Shown piece after piece: positions 44,337 to 53,783 of a stretch of DNA of 55,927 bases. How positions within the stretch are numbered: the stretch's first letter is position 1; each line of letters begins with the position of its first letter. Position numbers and translations under genes: made by a program. Origin of the DNA: Sashavirus 536P12; sequence record OZ035768.1. One strand, 5' to 3'. The notes beneath the pieces are model-generated. The model was not told where the DNA came from. It saw only the letters and a list, made by a program, of their open reading frames with translations, and did no database searches.

Positions 44337-45998
44337 ATGAAAGCTCGTTATTATCAGACTGAAGCTATCAATAACGTATGTCAGGCATGGTCAAGCGGTG
44401 CTGACGACGTGATTCTTGTGCTTCCCACGGGGGCAGGAAAAACGTTCTGTATGTCTGAACTGGTAAAAACAAGAGACGGTGTAAAAGTCATTCAGGCGCA
44501 CCGTAAGGAACTGGTTAGCCAAATCGCAATGGCTGTTGCTCGTCAGGGGTTAGCACACAGATTTATAGCGCAAAAAGATACTGTTAAGTTTGCAACTAAT
44601 CAGCAGATGAAAACGCTTGGTTACAGTACCTATTCCCCCGGCGCTGACATCGTTATTACCAGTTCACAAACGTTAAGAACAAAACAGTACGAACGGTGGT
44701 ACAACGATGTGTCTCTTGTGTTCAGCGACGAAGCGCATCACCTGGTGCGTGGCACACAGTGGGGAGACTGCCGGGAAAAATTCCCTAACGCTAAAGGTCT
44801 GGGTGTTACAGCTACACCGATCCGTGCTGACGGTAAAGGCTTGGGTCGTCATGCGTCAGGTTACGCAGATCAGATGATCATTGGTCCGTCAATGCGTGAG
44901 TTAATCAGTCAACAACACTTGGCTGATTATCGTCTGATTATGGCTGAAACAGACCTGGAATTAACTGCAGAAATGATTTCCCATACTACGGGTGATTACA
45001 AACCCTCTGCGTTAAAAAAAGCGATGGAAGATTCAAACATCGTTGGTGATACCGTCAGTACGTGGAAAACATATGCAGATGGTTTACTCACTGTTGTGTT
45101 TACGTGTGATGTGGATTCTGCTGAAGCACTTGCAAAAGAATTTCGCGATGCTGGCATTCCTGCAGAGGCGATCAGCTCACGAAACAGCAATCAGGAACGA
45201 GCGGATATTCTGGAACGTTTTGAACGACGTAAAACACTCGTGCTATGTAACAACGATTTATTCGGTGAAGGGTATGATTGCCCGGCGATGGAATGTGCTG
45301 TAATGGACCGTCCAACAGAATCTTACTCTTTGTTTGTACAACAGATGGGTCGTCCGTTGCGTTTCAAACCGGGTAAAAAAGCACTGATTATTGATAAAGT
45401 AGGTAATGTTCGTCGATTTCTGGCCCGTGGTTTTCCACTTCCTGATCAGCACTACAACTGGTCTTTAGATGACCGTGACCGTCGTTCATCTAACAGCAGC
45501 GGGAACAGTAACACAACATGCACAAACAAGGGTGATCCTGATAATGGTATTCCACCGTGTCTAAAGCCTTATCCGTCTGGTCTGCCATGCTGCCCATATT
45601 GTGGTCATATTCCTGAAAAAGCCGAACGCTCAGGCCCGGATCGTGTAGAAGGTAATTTACGTGAACTGACACCTGAAGAACTGGAAGAATTACGCCGGGC
45701 AGTTGTGATAATCGACCGTGACCCTGTTGCGGTAAAAGAACAAATGTTGAACGCTGGTGCACCCCCTGTTGCAGCTTACAGTGCAATGAAAAACATTCAG
45801 GCAATGAATGATGCACAGCGTAAGTTACGTAGCATGATTACCACATGGGCGGGTATTCAGCGTGATAAAGGTATACCCGTTGATGACGCTTACAAGATGT
45901 TTTACAGGGTGTTTGGTGTTGATGTACTTAGCGCTCAGGGGTTACGTACTCGTGAAGCTAATGAACTTGCCGCAAGGGTTGCAAGTTCATTAATCTGA
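44337..45998 (+). CDS. SF2 DEAD/DEAH-box DNA helicase
   Basis: 553 aa; Walker A LPTGAGKT, motif II FSDEAHH, C-terminal Cys-rich CPYCGH. Confidence 0.7.
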   Translation: MKARYYQTEAINNVCQAWSSGADDVILVLPTGAGKTFCMSELVKTRDGVKVIQAHRKELVSQIAMAVARQGLAHRFIAQKDTVKFATNQQMKTLGYSTYSPGADIVITSSQTLRTKQYERWYNDVSLVFSDEAHHLVRGTQWGDCREKFPNAKGLGVTATPIRADGKGLGRHASGYADQMIIGPSMRELISQQHLADYRLIMAETDLELTAEMISHTTGDYKPSALKKAMEDSNIVGDTVSTWKTYADGLLTVVFTCDVDSAEALAKEFRDAGIPAEAISSRNSNQERADILERFERRKTLVLCNNDLFGEGYDCPAMECAVMDRPTESYSLFVQQMGRPLRFKPGKKALIIDKVGNVRRFLARGFPLPDQHYNWSLDDRDRRSSNSSGNSNTTCTNKGDPDNGIPPCLKPYPSGLPCCPYCGHIPEKAERSGPDRVEGNLRELTPEELEELRRAVVIIDRDPVAVKEQMLNAGAPPVAAYSAMKNIQAMNDAQRKLRSMITTWAGIQRDKGIPVDDAYKMFYRVFGVDVLSAQGLRTREANELAARVASSLI

Positions 45999-46038
45999 TG
46001 GTAATCTGCATAGAAATATTTAAACGTAAGGAACTGTA

Positions 46039-46545
46039 ATGCGTGATTTGATGGTTGACATTGAAACGTGTGGTACTAAACCGGGTTGTGTAGTGCTGTC
46101 AATTGGCGCTGTTTACTTTGACCGTCAGGGTAACATTGGTGAAACGTTTTACGCATCAATGGGTTTTAATGCGCTCGCTTATGGTCACACAGACCCTGAC
46201 ACTATGAAGTGGTGGTCGCAGCAGTCAGAACAAGCACAAAAAGATGCTTTTGGTGGTACTGCCGATCCTGTTCAGGTTGCTAAAGATTTTGCCAAATTCA
46301 TCTGGCACGATGCTAAACCGTGGGGCAATGGTTCCACATTCGATATCACTATTCTGGAAGCATGGTTTAATGCGGTTGGTGTTCGTTGCCCGTGGAAGTT
46401 CTGGAACGTCCGTGATGTTCGTACCGCTGTTGATTTGCTGGGTATTAACCCGAAAGAATTTACCCGTGACGGTACTTACCACAATGCGTTAGACGACTGT
46501 TTACACCAGATTAAATATCTTACTAGCGGGACTAAAACATTATGA
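46039..46545 (+). CDS. DEDDh 3'-5' exonuclease (DnaQ-like)
   Basis: 168 aa; Exo I DIETCG, C-terminal H..LDDC motif. Confidence 0.65.
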   Translation: MRDLMVDIETCGTKPGCVVLSIGAVYFDRQGNIGETFYASMGFNALAYGHTDPDTMKWWSQQSEQAQKDAFGGTADPVQVAKDFAKFIWHDAKPWGNGSTFDITILEAWFNAVGVRCPWKFWNVRDVRTAVDLLGINPKEFTRDGTYHNALDDCLHQIKYLTSGTKTL

Positions 46546-47033
46546 CAACGCTTGAACAATGGGCGATTCGTCACGGTATTAGTCAGATGGCGTTGTACGA
46601 GTTATACGCTCTTTATCAGCCTGATGGAACACCACACGAAGACGGTGTAAGTGAAAGCGCTACCAGTAAAGAGTGTGAACTGATTGCGGCACGTGCAGGG
46701 CAACGTATCTGGCGTAATAACTCAGGTGCTCTGAAAAACAAAAAAGGAATGATGGTTCGTTATGGTCTTGGTAACACCAGTGCGAAAATCAACGCTGTTA
46801 TGAAGTCAAGCGACTACATCGGCATTAAAACCAAAATCGTTACACCAGACATGGTAGGTTCGAAAGTGGGTGTCTTTATTGCTGCCGAAATGAAACGCCC
46901 TGACTGGCACATGATCCCCAGTGATAAACGTGCACAAGCACAAGCCACTTTCGGTGCGATTGTTGAAAACGCAGGTGGTGAATTTCGTTTCATCACCCAT
47001 CCTTCACAATTTGAAAAATGGATTAAACAATGA
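46542..47033 (+). CDS. VRR-NUC domain nuclease candidate
   Basis: 163 aa; WRNNSGA...DYIGIK...AAEMKR pattern consistent with a PD-(D/E)xK VRR-NUC core. Confidence 0.5.
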   Translation: MTTLEQWAIRHGISQMALYELYALYQPDGTPHEDGVSESATSKECELIAARAGQRIWRNNSGALKNKKGMMVRYGLGNTSAKINAVMKSSDYIGIKTKIVTPDMVGSKVGVFIAAEMKRPDWHMIPSDKRAQAQATFGAIVENAGGEFRFITHPSQFEKWIKQ

Positions 47034-47305
47034 ATAAAAAATCTTTAATCGCAACAATTGTAAGTCCTGAATACAAACAAAAACGTGAATCAATAACGTC
47101 TGAAATTGTTTCTGAATTTGATGACGTTAAAAAAACAAACCAGCGCGTATCACGTCTACAAAAACTGATTGATAACCACGGTATTGAAGCTGTTGCTAAA
47201 CGTCTGAACGTTACTGAAATTCATGTTAAACGTAATCTGCTTACCGGGCGATCTGCTATCAACCTGGTCAAACTGATGGCTGCTGAACGTCAGTTCGGAG
47301 CGTAA
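47030..47305 (+). CDS. small HTH-like protein
   Basis: 91 aa; IEAVAKRLNVTEIHVKRNL resembles a helix-turn-helix. Confidence 0.4.
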   Translation: MNKKSLIATIVSPEYKQKRESITSEIVSEFDDVKKTNQRVSRLQKLIDNHGIEAVAKRLNVTEIHVKRNLLTGRSAINLVKLMAAERQFGA

Positions 47306-47308
47306 ATT

Positions 47309-49663
47309 ATGAAAGGGTTACTGAACCGTAAACAGTGGGTCATGTGGCGACTTGAGACAGTCGCCGATCGTCCAAAACCAACGAAAGTACCATACAGCCC
47401 GGTACACGGTTATAAAGCCAGTACCACTAACCCTAACGACTGGTCTGACTATCACACCGCGTTAGGTATGGCGCAAATGTACGGTATGTCTGGTGTTGGT
47501 TTTGTATTCACAGAAAATGACCCTTATTTCTTTATCGATATTGATAACTGTCTGGTAGATCAGGCAACAGCTACGTGGTCACCACTGGCGCATGAATTCG
47601 TAAACCGTTTTCCAAATGCTTACACTGAAGTCAGTCAGTCAGGAACAGGTTTGCATATCATCTGTGCTTATACCAGCATACCGGAAGGTTTTAACAGTCT
47701 GAACGACCAGAAAACCGGGCTGGAAATGTACTGGCGTGATCGTTTCGTCGCGATGACGCTCACGGGTAATGGTGATGTTGATATTGATTATACCCAGGGC
47801 ATTCATGATTCTATTGCCCGGTATGGTCGTATCCGTTCAGACCGTTCCGCACGCTGGACAACAGCACCTTGTGATGACTGGTCAGGTCCGGCAGACGATG
47901 ATGAACTGATTAAAATGGCGTTAAATTCGTCCAGTGCTGCTTCAGTATTTGGCAATAAAGCGTCATTTGCAGATCTGTGGAATGCAAACGTTGAACGTCT
48001 GTCTGTGTCATATCCTAGCGACCAGGGAAAAGACTACAATGCATCTGCCGCTGATGCTGCCCTGTGCTCACACCTTGCGTTCTGGACCGGGAAAGATTGC
48101 GAACGTATTGAACGATTGTTTAACCGTTCCGGGCTGGTTCGTGGTAAATGGACAGATCGTCAGGATTACCGTGAAAACACAATTCTGGGCGCTGTGGAAC
48201 GTTGTGATACGGTTTATCGTAGTCAACCGACGCTGACACCAGAACTGATGAAAGCAGTCACACCAGCGCCTACCATCGTTCCTAACGGTGGAACACCTGC
48301 GTACATGAGTGTGAAACCCGGTGAAGGTGCATATGGTTCAAACCATACTGTTAATGCATCCACTTTCGTTAATAACTATTATCCGAACAACACATTGATT
48401 TTCGTCCAGCAACAGCCGTACCGGTTCAACGGTCGCGTGTGGGAACGTGTGAGTGAAGATGAACTGAAACATCAGATATCTATGGCAATGCTCGCCAGCG
48501 AACCAAAAGCTGACGTAATTAACGGTACGTACAAGGTTTTGTCGTATTTATTCACACGCGCTGATCGTGAGCTTGGAACATGGCCAGGTGTTGATGTGTC
48601 ACACTACATTGTATGTCAGAACGGGATACTGGATGTACACACGGGTAAATGTGATGCACATAACCCGGATTTCTTTACGACCAGTATTTTACCGTATAGC
48701 TACGATCCGTTTGCCCGTGCGCCAGCATTTGAACAGTTTTTAAATACAACTCTGGAAGGTGATCAGGAACGTATTGCACTGTTGCAGGAATGGCTGGGTT
48801 ACATGCTTGTCAACTCATATGACTATCAGAAAGCGATGCTGTTGATTGGTGCACCACGTTCCGGTAAAGGTACGATTGGTCGCATCATTCAGGCACTGGT
48901 AGGTGATGAAGCGTATGCAGGGATCACACTAGAGGGTTTAGCTAGTGATGCGGTACTTGAAACTGTGTTGGATAAATCTGTGCTGTTTATTGGTGATGCT
49001 CACAGTGTGTCCGGGCCTGATCGCAACCGAATTCTGGACCGTTTCAAATCTATTACAGGTTGTGATGCGATTCCGGTTAATCGTAAATATAAAGGTGCAT
49101 GGAACGGTCGTTTACCGGGACGTATGACACTGGCTGCTAACAACATTCCGGCATTTGCTGATGATTCAGGTGCAATGGCTAACCGTTTGCTGATCCTGCC
49201 ATTCAACATTTCGTTCCTGGGTCGTGAAGATACCACTCTGGAAGCACGACTGATGAAAGAACTACCGGGGATCTGTAACTGGGCGATTGAAGGTTTACAA
49301 CGGTTACGTGCTAACGGACGATTTTCTGAACCAAAAGCAAGTCTGGAAGAACGTCAGGAAATTATGGATCAACAATCACCACTTAGAAGTTTTATCAGAG
49401 ATTGTTGCGAATTGGTATCTGATGGTGAGGTGCACACTGAAGAACTCTATGGTCGTTATCGTCTCTGGAAAACACAGGAAGGTGGTCCAGCAATGACTAA
49501 AACTGCATTTAGTCGGGCATTTAAATCCACCCTTCGTGGTAAAGTGAAAAAAGACGTCGTTAATATAAATAACGTTCGACTAAACGGTTTCAGGGGTATT
49601 CGTCTTCTCCCTTTTCAGTCAACAGCTAATGTAGTGCCTTTCCCACCTGCGAGTAACGGTTAG
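47309..49663 (+). CDS. primase-helicase (prim-pol N-terminal domain plus D5/SF3-type P-loop NTPase)
   Basis: 784 aa; prim-pol motifs FIDIDN and GLHIICAY; Walker A GAPRSGKGT. Confidence 0.75.
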   Translation: MKGLLNRKQWVMWRLETVADRPKPTKVPYSPVHGYKASTTNPNDWSDYHTALGMAQMYGMSGVGFVFTENDPYFFIDIDNCLVDQATATWSPLAHEFVNRFPNAYTEVSQSGTGLHIICAYTSIPEGFNSLNDQKTGLEMYWRDRFVAMTLTGNGDVDIDYTQGIHDSIARYGRIRSDRSARWTTAPCDDWSGPADDDELIKMALNSSSAASVFGNKASFADLWNANVERLSVSYPSDQGKDYNASAADAALCSHLAFWTGKDCERIERLFNRSGLVRGKWTDRQDYRENTILGAVERCDTVYRSQPTLTPELMKAVTPAPTIVPNGGTPAYMSVKPGEGAYGSNHTVNASTFVNNYYPNNTLIFVQQQPYRFNGRVWERVSEDELKHQISMAMLASEPKADVINGTYKVLSYLFTRADRELGTWPGVDVSHYIVCQNGILDVHTGKCDAHNPDFFTTSILPYSYDPFARAPAFEQFLNTTLEGDQERIALLQEWLGYMLVNSYDYQKAMLLIGAPRSGKGTIGRIIQALVGDEAYAGITLEGLASDAVLETVLDKSVLFIGDAHSVSGPDRNRILDRFKSITGCDAIPVNRKYKGAWNGRLPGRMTLAANNIPAFADDSGAMANRLLILPFNISFLGREDTTLEARLMKELPGICNWAIEGLQRLRANGRFSEPKASLEERQEIMDQQSPLRSFIRDCCELVSDGEVHTEELYGRYRLWKTQEGGPAMTKTAFSRAFKSTLRGKVKKDVVNINNVRLNGFRGIRLLPFQSTANVVPFPPASNG

Positions 49664-49681
49664 TCATTGCACAAGGATGTG

Positions 49682-49723
49682 TAAAATAATTCTTGACGAA
49701 TTACAGAGGTGTGCGCTATAGTC
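49682..49723 (+). promoter_or_regulatory. conserved promoter element (P13, + orientation)
   Basis: TAAAATAATTCTTGACGAATTACA; -35 TTGACG 49693-49698, 18-nt spacer, -10 TATAGT 49717-49722. Confidence 0.7.
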
Positions 49724-49753
49724 TGTACATCAAGTGAACAAGGAGTGATTGTT

Positions 49754-49966
49754 ATGAAACCACACTACCGATTAATGAGACTTTCACAGTGTCCTAATGG
49801 AACACGGTTTTATTTTTATCGTCTGAAGCAACTATTACCTTTCACGTTAATTGCTAACAGCTTCAAGAAATACGAAAGTATTTATCACGAGGGTCACGAT
49901 TTTAATATTACCGCGAGAAAATACAGAACGTCTATTCATAAACTTGTGTGGGCTAAGGTGAACTAA
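49754..49966 (+). CDS. hypothetical early protein
   Basis: ORF 49709 begins with GTG; likely start ATG 49754 after AAGGAG. Confidence 0.45.
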   Translation: MKPHYRLMRLSQCPNGTRFYFYRLKQLLPFTLIANSFKKYESIYHEGHDFNITARKYRTSIHKLVWAKVN

Positions 49967-49968
49967 TA

Positions 49969-50208
49969 ATGGGTGGTCGTGGATCATGTCGTCGAACTCG
50001 TTCATTACGCTGCAGTAAGTGTTATGAGCGAAACCTACGTGATTATTTATTAGGGTTTGGTACACGCAACTGGGAAAACGTTGAAGTTACTGGTGAAAAT
50101 GGAAACACTTACACCTGCCGTTGTGAATCCTGTGGTCACACTTATCAAACAACATCAGCGGCTGCACGTCGCGAATGGAAGTGGAAGAAAAACCATGTTA
50201 ATAACTAG
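49969..50208 (+). CDS. small Cys-rich zinc-finger-like protein
   Basis: 79 aa; CSKCYER...CRCESCGH. Confidence 0.45.
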   Translation: MGGRGSCRRTRSLRCSKCYERNLRDYLLGFGTRNWENVEVTGENGNTYTCRCESCGHTYQTTSAAARREWKWKKNHVNN

Positions 50209-50452
50209 TATTTTCATACTTGTATTTTGGATAATCATCGTTATACGTATAATTATTTGTGCTGTCATACAAAGAAAAATGATTGATTTTTATTATTCTG
50301 ATAAAAGTGGTTGGGACACACATCAACAGAGTATGTTTGATGCTTACCCACAATTAGATACTTTCAAAATGATTTTTAAATTCTGGGTATGGCCTATGTC
50401 AAAATTCTATCCTGAATACAGGAAAGGTAAAAACCATGAAAAACATATTTGA
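50195..50452 (+). CDS. small membrane protein
   Basis: ORF 50057; likely start ATG 50195; hydrophobic LITSIFILVFWIIIVIRIIICAVI. Confidence 0.35.
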   Translation: MLITSIFILVFWIIIVIRIIICAVIQRKMIDFYYSDKSGWDTHQQSMFDAYPQLDTFKMIFKFWVWPMSKFYPEYRKGKNHEKHI

Positions 50453-50633
50453 CCGTTTAATTACTGTTATCGTATTTCTTGTATCCGTAACGCTCGCGTC
50501 TTGTATTGTCGGACTAATGACCCGTGGTAATCATGCGGAAACACCGTGGTGGTTTCTGGCAGGTATTGGATTATTAGCGGCTGCGGCATCAATTGATGCT
50601 TGCATGTGGGGAGTGAAAAACGATCATGACTGA
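50436..50633 (+). CDS. small membrane protein (2 TM)
   Basis: 65 aa; LITVIVFLVSVTLASCIVGLM and WWFLAGIGLLAAAASI. Confidence 0.45.
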   Translation: MKNIFDRLITVIVFLVSVTLASCIVGLMTRGNHAETPWWFLAGIGLLAAAASIDACMWGVKNDHD

Positions 50634-50841
50634 ATTCGGTGCTGTAATCAAAAAAGAAGACCGTTATGCACATATTGATACCCGGATTACCTGGGTTGAT
50701 ATCAGTGAAGCTACTCTGTTCAGTTCAACTTACATGGCTGGTGTTGCACTTAAATCACTTCGCGATCAGGGTTTCAATTGCAGAAAAGTAACAATTGCTC
50801 CTGTTAAAATCACGCGGATCGTAGAGGAAACAGAAGGATGA
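50626..50841 (+). CDS. hypothetical protein
   Basis: 71-aa ORF. Confidence 0.4.
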   Translation: MTEFGAVIKKEDRYAHIDTRITWVDISEATLFSSTYMAGVALKSLRDQGFNCRKVTIAPVKITRIVEETEG

Positions 50842-50865
50842 ATATTGCTGGTAGGAGTATTGATT

Positions 50866-51063
50866 ATGCAAGTAGGTAATTGTTATTTATATCCTAAAAC
50901 AGATCTGTTTGAAAAATGTTGGGTGGTAATAACCTATTCAAATCCGTGTCAGGGAGTTATCATGTGGGATGATGGTAAATGTCAGACTTCAATGATAAAT
51001 GATCAGGACATGCGAGGCTGTCAATTAGTTGGATGTAATATGAAGATGAGATCAACACAATGA
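50866..51063 (+). CDS. hypothetical Cys-containing protein
   Basis: ORF 50845 begins with TTG; likely start ATG 50866 after AGGAG. Confidence 0.35.
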   Translation: MQVGNCYLYPKTDLFEKCWVVITYSNPCQGVIMWDDGKCQTSMINDQDMRGCQLVGCNMKMRSTQ

Positions 51064-51455
51064 TAATCGTCGTCACAGGTGGTCGTGACTTCAACGACAG
51101 AGTAGCAGTATTTTCCGCGTTAGGACTACTTCACAAACAATTCCCCATTACCGAACTAATTGAAGGTGGTGCGTCAGGTGTTGATAACCTGTGTAAGCAA
51201 TGGGCGCAGTTACACAGTATTCCTGTGCGTAGTTGCCCGGCAGCGTGGGACGATCTGACTGTACCTGGTGCGGTTGTAAAACAGGGCAAGCACGGGCCTT
51301 ATAACGCTGTTGCAGGTCATCAACGTAATCAGGCGATGTTAGAGGGTGAGCCACGCCCTACATATGGTGTTGTGTTCCCCGGTGGGCGTGGTACTGCTGA
51401 TATGCATCGTCGCATGTTGAAAGCTGGTTTAACTGTGTGGGTTCCATATCCTTAA
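51060..51455 (+). CDS. DUF2493 / SLOG-family protein (predicted nucleotide-binding)
   Basis: 131 aa; MIIVVTGGRDF...GGASGVDNL...GHQRNQAM...VVFPGGRGT pattern; stop overlaps promoter P14. Confidence 0.5.
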   Translation: MIIVVTGGRDFNDRVAVFSALGLLHKQFPITELIEGGASGVDNLCKQWAQLHSIPVRSCPAAWDDLTVPGAVVKQGKHGPYNAVAGHQRNQAMLEGEPRPTYGVVFPGGRGTADMHRRMLKAGLTVWVPYP

Positions 51456-51493
51456 AATAATTCTTGACAGATTACCAACCCTCCCCGATAATT
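51452..51493 (+). promoter_or_regulatory. conserved promoter element (P14, + orientation)
   Basis: TTAAAATAATTCTTGACAGATTACCA; -35 TTGACA 51464-51469, 17-nt spacer, -10 GATAAT 51487-51492. Confidence 0.7.
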
Positions 51494-51518
51494 AGCCTCA
51501 GTTAACACACATGAGGCT
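51494..51518. promoter_or_regulatory. palindromic element AGCCTCA-N11-TGAGGCT at the transcription start region (operator or leader hairpin candidate)
   Basis: inverted repeat directly visible; near reverse complement of the element at 13803-13824; GAGG in its 3' arm is the SD for the ATG at 51527. Confidence 0.45.
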
Positions 51519-51526
51519 AAACACAA

Positions 51527-51622
51527 ATGGCTAACATTAACTCCCTTCGCAAGCTATCTGATACCGATAAAACCAATGTAAAACGTGGTAATGCGTATCA
51601 TCAAGATTCGTCCAGGGCATAA
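51527..51622 (+). CDS. small ORF (31 aa) downstream of P14
   Basis: ATG 51527 nine nt after GAGG; stop TAA at 51620-51622. Confidence 0.25.
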   Translation: MANINSLRKLSDTDKTNVKRGNAYHQDSSRA

Positions 51623-51894
51623 CCCACGCGGTGAATGGTCTGTAACCCGTTCGGAAAGTGGTAAAGTCCTGGTTGAACTTACCACTGAACAGTTCGAAGC
51701 GTTAAAAGCACTGAAGGAGCACCAGTTATGAAAACTATGTCAGACAACTTAACATCAATTTACGGTACGTTGACCTGTCGTTCTAAATTTAAACCGTTGA
51801 CAAAAGAAGAAGAACGTCAGTGTAAGTTTAATAACAGTTTTCCCAGCGTTAATGAAAATCGTTGGATTGCCAAACTGACCGGGAGTAAAAAGAA

Positions 51895-52119
51895 ATGACT
51901 ATCCGACTGATGAATCCAACCGTTGCCCGTAATATTAAACCGGGCGACAAGATTGAAGTATTTAATGAATGGTACTGGGTACGCTATATCAATTACCACG
52001 GGGCAACACTTACCCTTCGCTTACAACCGGAAGATGAACCGCTATCACCATTTTGCGAAAACGACCGCGTTGTGGTGACAGTACCAGAAGATTTAACGAT
52101 TGATGTCGAGGTGCGTTAA
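51895..52119 (+). CDS. hypothetical early protein
   Basis: 74-aa ORF. Confidence 0.45.
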   Translation: MTIRLMNPTVARNIKPGDKIEVFNEWYWVRYINYHGATLTLRLQPEDEPLSPFCENDRVVVTVPEDLTIDVEVR

Positions 52120-52443
52120 ATGACTGTATATGAAATGGAAGGTTTTCTTCGTGGTAAATGTGTTCCGGGCGACCTGAAAGTTAACGAAACAAACGCTGAA
52201 TATCTGGTACGTAAATTTGGTGAACTTGAAAATAAATGTGCGGCGCTGGTTACGGAGAATGTTCGACTTAAGTCAGGTATAGCTGGCCTGATACATCTCG
52301 GTATTCGATACGCAGATGTTGATGTAATGAAAATTGCTGGAGACGCACAGCTTTCCACTCCATGTACTGATGACATCATAAACAGCATTACCCAAAAAGA
52401 AACCAGTGATAAAAGTGCACAAGCACAAAATGTTCCCTCGTAA
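52120..52443 (+). CDS. hypothetical early protein
   Basis: 107-aa ORF. Confidence 0.45.
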   Translation: MTVYEMEGFLRGKCVPGDLKVNETNAEYLVRKFGELENKCAALVTENVRLKSGIAGLIHLGIRYADVDVMKIAGDAQLSTPCTDDIINSITQKETSDKSAQAQNVPS

Positions 52444-52672
52444 TGGTTTGAAGTGGTCCGCACGAGATCTGACGTTATTAAAAATTAATGCAGGAAAGAT
52501 CAGTGCGGACGAAATAGCGTATTACCTTCGCCGGGACGTTGAAGCGGTGCACATTAAAGCGTCACGTCTCGGTATATCACTGGTAACCAATAAATGTAAA
52601 CGTGGTCATACGCGAGTTTACCAAAAAGGTAGATGGCGCTGTCCTGAGTGTAGAAAATTAAAAGGGTATTAA
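52430..52672 (+). CDS. small protein with C-terminal zinc-ribbon-like motif
   Basis: ORF 52406; likely start ATG 52430; CKRGHTRVYQKGRWRCPEC. Confidence 0.35.
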   Translation: MFPRNGLKWSARDLTLLKINAGKISADEIAYYLRRDVEAVHIKASRLGISLVTNKCKRGHTRVYQKGRWRCPECRKLKGY

Positions 52673-52674
52673 AG

Positions 52675-52908
52675 ATGAAAATTAAAAACATGGCTACAAG
52701 TGGTCTGTCAGGCCGTATCTTTTACGGTACGATGGAAACAAAAGACGGTGGTCAGTCTGGTAAATGGTTAGCAGGAAAGCAAGACGTTACTGATATGGCG
52801 ATCCGCGCCGTTGCTGAACATTGTCATCTGACAGGGAACGAATATTCATTTACGCTTAACGACGGTCGTGTGATTACACTGGCAGTAACAGAGGTACAAC
52901 CATCATGA
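52675..52908 (+). CDS. hypothetical early protein
   Basis: 77-aa ORF. Confidence 0.4.
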   Translation: MKIKNMATSGLSGRIFYGTMETKDGGQSGKWLAGKQDVTDMAIRAVAEHCHLTGNEYSFTLNDGRVITLAVTEVQPS

Positions 52909-53474
52909 CACCTGAACAATTCGCAACAGCAGCACACGGTGATCAACTTCGTAAGTACACCAACGACCCATATGTGAACCACTGCCGGAACGTTGCTGAA
53001 CTGGTTAAACGCTATGGTGGTACGCCGGATATGGTTACCGCTGCCTGGCTGCATGACGTCGTTGAAGATACACCCGTGACCGTGGGTGATGTGTGTTCGC
53101 AGTTCGGTGAGACTGTGGCACGTTATGTTGATCAGCTTACTGATGTGAGTCGTCCACACCACGGCAACCGTGTTAAGCGTAAAGCACGGGACATCGACCA
53201 TTTATCACGGGCTGAACCTGTAGTGAAAACTATAAAACTGTGTGATCTGCTAGATAACACCTCTTCAATTGTCCGACACGATCCGAAGTTTGCTGTAACA
53301 TACCTGGCTGAAAAACAACTCATGCTTGCTCACCTGTCAGACACCAGTAATCAGGAGTTATACGCGCTTGTTGAGCGTGAATTGTTTAAAGCCAAATACA
53401 AACTAACGAACGTCCAGTTGACCGCGTTTGACAAACACTACGACGCACTGGTTAAAGCGATGGGGGAGTTGTGA
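52905..53474 (+). CDS. HD-domain hydrolase, SpoT/Mesh1-like small alarmone hydrolase candidate
   Basis: 189 aa; AAHGDQLRKYTNDPYVNHCRNVA and AAWLHDVVEDT match the HD signature of (p)ppGpp hydrolase domains. Confidence 0.6.
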   Translation: MTPEQFATAAHGDQLRKYTNDPYVNHCRNVAELVKRYGGTPDMVTAAWLHDVVEDTPVTVGDVCSQFGETVARYVDQLTDVSRPHHGNRVKRKARDIDHLSRAEPVVKTIKLCDLLDNTSSIVRHDPKFAVTYLAEKQLMLAHLSDTSNQELYALVERELFKAKYKLTNVQLTAFDKHYDALVKAMGEL

Positions 53475-53783
53475 TTATGAAAGAAATAGAACAACTGGTT
53501 AAACGTTTACGTGCTGCTGATCATCAACTTACTGTTGAAAATAACTGGATAGTGGTTAATCCACCATGTTCTTTATCTGATACGCTTTTAATTCAGAAAT
53601 TGAATAAAGGTGAAAAACTGGCTAAGTATATTAAGGAAAACCCGTAATGAAACTAAAACTTCCAGGATACTGGTTTTCCGTAAGCTGGAACAATTACAGT
53701 AATTGGGGTTATTTCAAACTATGGTATGACGGCCCGTACCGCGCATTCTGGATCGGTCGTCTTTGTTTCGAATGGTGGTGGCG

